Part shown: piece by piece, positions 61,519 through 64,000 of the stretch
Position numbering within the stretch: the first letter of the stretch is position 1
How the letters are laid out: each line of letters opens with the position of its first letter
Notes under the pieces: model-generated
What the model was told of the DNA's origin: nothing
The model's database searches: none
The model's input: the letters and a program-made list of their open reading frames with translations, nothing else
Assembly: GCA_045627385.1 (NCBI GenBank)
Contig: JAZQNO010000007.1
Span: 28,868 to 92,867 of the forward strand
DNA: 64,000 bases
Source of the DNA: Bacteroidales bacterium
Lineage (GTDB): Bacteria > Bacteroidota > Bacteroidia > Bacteroidales > UBA1402
Reading direction: 5' to 3'
Made by a program: the position numbers and the translations under genes

Positions 61519-62499
61519 ATGTCAAACAACGTTCGTCCAGCCGACATGGAGCGCATCACCACTCCTGCCCTGGCAGAAAAATTCATTCAAGAACAACTCG
61601 CAGCCCTCAAGGCTCAGATTGGTGACAAAAAAGTACTGCTGGCTCTTTCGGGCGGCGTCGACTCTTCTGTCGTAGCGGCCCTGCTGGTCAAGGCTGTCGG
61701 CAAACAGCTGGTCTGCGTTCATGTGAACCACGGCCTGCTTCGAAAGGGCGAACCCGAAGAGGTCATCCGCGTCTTCCGCGACGAATTGGATGCCAATCTG
61801 GTTTATGTAGACGCCATCGACCGTTTCCTCGACAAACTGGTCAATGTGTCCGACCCCGAGCAGAAGCGCAAAATCATCGGTGCCGAATTCATCCGCGTAT
61901 TCGAAGAAGAAGCCCGCAAGCAGGAAGGCATCAGTTTCCTGGCTCAAGGCACCATCTATCCCGACATCATCGAATCGGGTCCTGTGAAATCGCACCACAA
62001 CGTGGGCGGTCTGCCCGAAGACCTCCAGTTCGAGCTGGTCGAGCCGCTCAAATTCCTCTTCAAGGACGAAGTGCGCATGGTCGGAAAACAGCTGGGTCTG
62101 CCCGACAACATGGTCTTCCGTCAGCCCTTCCCCGGCCCCGGTCTGGGTGTCCGCTGCACGGGCGCCATCACCCGCGACCGTCTGGAAGCCGTCCGTGAGA
62201 GCGACGCCATCCTGCGCGAAGAATTCGCCAAGAACGGCCTAGAAGGCAAAGTATGGCAGTACTTCACACTGATTCCCGATTTCAAGTCGACCGGCGTCAA
62301 GAACGACCAGCGAGCTTGGGAATGGCCCGTCATCATCCGCGCCGTCAACACCCGCGATGCCATGACCGCCACGGTCGAAAACATTCCGTTCGAACTGCTG
62401 CAGCACATCACGGCCCGCATCGTCAGCGAGGTCAAGGGTGTGAACCGCGTCCTCTACGACCTCACTCCGAAGCCGACCGGCACCATCGAGTGGGAATAA
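61519..62499 (+). CDS. guaA: GMP synthase ATP-pyrophosphatase plus dimerisation domains only (no glutaminase domain)
   Basis: Contains LALSGGVDSSV (PP-loop), KRKIIG, LAQGTIYPDIIES, KSHHNVGGLP and FPGPGLGVR, and ends in the canonical TIEWE. It is 326 aa and begins where the ATP-PPase domain of full-length GuaA begins. Confidence 0.85.
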   Translation: MSNNVRPADMERITTPALAEKFIQEQLAALKAQIGDKKVLLALSGGVDSSVVAALLVKAVGKQLVCVHVNHGLLRKGEPEEVIRVFRDELDANLVYVDAIDRFLDKLVNVSDPEQKRKIIGAEFIRVFEEEARKQEGISFLAQGTIYPDIIESGPVKSHHNVGGLPEDLQFELVEPLKFLFKDEVRMVGKQLGLPDNMVFRQPFPGPGLGVRCTGAITRDRLEAVRESDAILREEFAKNGLEGKVWQYFTLIPDFKSTGVKNDQRAWEWPVIIRAVNTRDAMTATVENIPFELLQHITARIVSEVKGVNRVLYDLTPKPTGTIEWE

Positions 62500-62520
62500 T
62501 TCCTCAGAGTACAGAATAGA

Positions 62521-62573
62521 GGCTCCTGCTTCTGTCCGGTCGACGACCGGGTTCAGAAGCAGGAGCCCTTTTT
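62521..62573 (+). terminator. strong intrinsic terminator after guaA
   Basis: Perfect 14-bp stem GGCTCCTGCTTCTG / CAGAAGCAGGAGCC enclosing an inner CCGGTCG/CGACCGG helix, followed by C and then TTTTT. Confidence 0.85.
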
Positions 62574-62601
62574 ATCTGCGAACTTGTTGTTTATAAAATG
62601 C

Positions 62602-63039
62602 TTATAGCTTTGCCAGGAGTTTATCCACACACTCGCCCCTCAACTCGACCATGTCCATGGACGGCTGATAGGAATAGTCGTGGAAATCGAACAGCTGCGC
62701 GTAAGCGATTTTTTCACACTTGTTGTAATAGACGAGCAGGCGTACACAGCCGCCTTCGTTGCCTTGCTTCAGAGTCACCTCGGCGCTCTTGCCGTTGAGG
62801 AATTCCACGACAGACGCCTTCGACGACTTGCAGAGTTCTTCGGATTTTTTCTTAAGCACGACACCTTCGCCGTCCTTTTTGTACCCGCCCTTGCAGAAAA
62901 GCACCATGAGCAGGCCGCAGAGAGCGACGATGAATCCGATGCCGAGACTGTAGAAAGACAGGACTATGCCGGCTATCAGAATGACAGCCGATATGACAAG
63001 GTCCGTCACTGTATGGACCTTCTTGAAATTCATTTCCAT
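62602..63039 (-). CDS. hypothetical membrane protein (2 TM plus a soluble domain)
   Basis: 145 aa with hydrophobic segments VISAVILIAGIVLSFY and IGFIVALCGLLMVLF. I recognise no family. Confidence 0.5.
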   Translation of the reverse strand: MEMNFKKVHTVTDLVISAVILIAGIVLSFYSLGIGFIVALCGLLMVLFCKGGYKKDGEGVVLKKKSEELCKSSKASVVEFLNGKSAEVTLKQGNEGGCVRLLVYYNKCEKIAYAQLFDFHDYSYQPSMDMVELRGECVDKLLAKL

Positions 63040-63147
63040 TATAATGCTGATTTGAATGAAATGTCGGACAGATGTCCGAACGTTTTTAAGGATTTGCCCG
63101 AAAATGGTGCGGACGGATGGGGCGGTTTCCGACCGGACCGGGGAAAA

Positions 63148-63549
63148 TCAAATCAGCAGGTGACCTATGTAATAGATGTATCTGTCGGAAGTGCGCGTGT
63201 TCGGTCCGAACAGCGGCGACTCCGCAGACTGAATGAAGAAATGTCTGATATCGAATACCTTTCCGGCCTTGACGACGCGGAAATGATATTTCTGGGCATT
63301 TTGCGTGCGACGGTTGGGATCGACCGGTCTGAAGGGGGACGAGACGCTGGAATATTCCTCTGAAATCCGCGCCGACTGCACCGGCAGCACCGCCTGCAGG
63401 CTGTAATTGGGCTGGCGGTCCGAGCGGTCACGGTCGGGAACTGCCGCAAGAGCCGACTCCGGCTTTTCGCAAAGCACAGCCGCCTCGTGTCCGCCACCTC
63501 CGAAGAAGACGGACAGAACGACAGACACGATGAGCAAAAGGTGTTTCAT
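63148..63549 (-). CDS. hypothetical secreted protein
   Basis: 133 aa with signal-like MKHLLLIVSVVLSVFFG. I recognise no family. Confidence 0.4.
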   Translation of the reverse strand: MKHLLLIVSVVLSVFFGGGGHEAAVLCEKPESALAAVPDRDRSDRQPNYSLQAVLPVQSARISEEYSSVSSPFRPVDPNRRTQNAQKYHFRVVKAGKVFDIRHFFIQSAESPLFGPNTRTSDRYIYYIGHLLI

Positions 63550-63607
63550 CCCGTTTCAGAACTGCGGTACAAGTTTACAAAAACTTTTTCAATTGACCTA
63601 TAAGGCG

Positions 63608-63615
63608 TATATTTG
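63608..63615 (+). promoter_or_regulatory. -7 box TATATTTG for the right-edge lipoprotein gene
   Basis: Exact match 32 nt upstream of the ATG at 63647. Confidence 0.5.
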
Positions 63616-63646
63616 CGCATTCAATCCATCCGAAAAATCCTTTTGT

Positions 63647-64000
63647 ATGAAACTTCTCAAGTCTTTGGCAGCCATCCTTGCCGCAGCCACATTCGCCACC
63701 GCCTGCACTCAAGCCAAAACCGGCAGCATCGTTCTCAAGGCCGACATCACAGGCGACCCCGCCGAGGTGATCGTGCTTTCGTATCTGCCCGGTCATAAGA
63801 TCGGCTACCACTATCCCGAAGTCAGCGACGGACGATTCGAATTCAGACTCGACGAGGTGCAAGACTTCGCCGACCTCATCGTGTCGGTGGGAGGCATGGA
63901 ATTCGGTGCCCGCATCAACGTGGGCGACACCCTCGGAATGAGTTTCACCGTGAACACTTATGCCGAAGACGTGGAAGTGGCCTACCACGGCAGCACCGAA
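63647..64000 (+). CDS. lipoprotein, 5' part only (runs off the right edge)
   Basis: Hand translation gives MKLLKSLAAILAAATFATACTQAKTGSIVLKADITGDP...VAYHGSTE, 118 codons with no stop. It has a lipobox (ATAC). It is absent from the ORF track because the frame is open-ended. The opposite-strand ORF 63575-63988 is its shadow. Confidence 0.6.
   Translation, partial: MKLLKSLAAILAAATFATACTQAKTGSIVLKADITGDPAEVIVLSYLPGHKIGYHYPEVSDGRFEFRLDEVQDFADLIVSVGGMEFGARINVGDTLGMSFTVNTYAEDVEVAYHGSTE

Noticed and set aside
1-64000. CRISPR arrays, rRNA genes, transposases/integrases, toxin-antitoxin or known defence-system genes
   Set aside because: I saw no regularly spaced direct repeats beyond the coding Pro/Glu repeat. 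No ORF has motifs characteristic of these classes.

Overview
This is a Bacteroidales-type chromosomal segment. The assignment rests on SusC/SusD pairs, T9SS C-terminal sorting tails, type V pilus genes, a UpxY antiterminator, and TAnnTTTG -7 promoter boxes in nearly every intergenic gap. By eye it is fairly GC-rich for the order. No species call is possible from the sequence alone.

Layout, left to right:
1. An orphan trpB sits behind a Trp-codon leader-peptide attenuator that is absent from the ORF track. panB follows.
2. A 14-gene, about 29 kb, single-strand polysaccharide utilisation locus spans 2637-31626 on the minus strand. It holds two SusC/SusD pairs interleaved with three fasciclin (FAS1) lipoproteins, a PL1-like pectate lyase and a 942-aa unknown protein that both carry T9SS tails, one GH-like protein, and four esterase domains. 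No regulator is visible.
3. Next come DUF4861, rlmI, a BlaR1-TonB/BlaI pair, crcB and a CE1-like esterase.
4. A 7-gene type V (Mfa/FimA-like) pilus operon spans 38162-47636. It starts with a DUF3575 protein carrying a Pro/Glu tandem repeat and ends at tRNA-Glu(CUC).
5. Nucleotide-sugar and envelope genes follow: a ManC-like gene, a BASS-like transporter, galE, nadE, and then an operon containing two unusual fusions (cytidylyltransferase-GHMP kinase and adenylate kinase-WbuC cupin) plus rfbB and an NTP-transferase. This operon is divergent from an orphan upxY.
6. A minimal glycan-initiation unit (GT2, sugar transferase) is co-oriented with a stand-alone GMP-synthase ATP-pyrophosphatase domain.

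I saw no CRISPR array, rRNA, integrase or transposase. The very long plus-strand ORFs in the track (up to 1614 aa) are codon-aligned antisense shadows of real minus-strand genes. All family assignments come from motif recognition by eye, with no database search, and all coordinates were hand-indexed.
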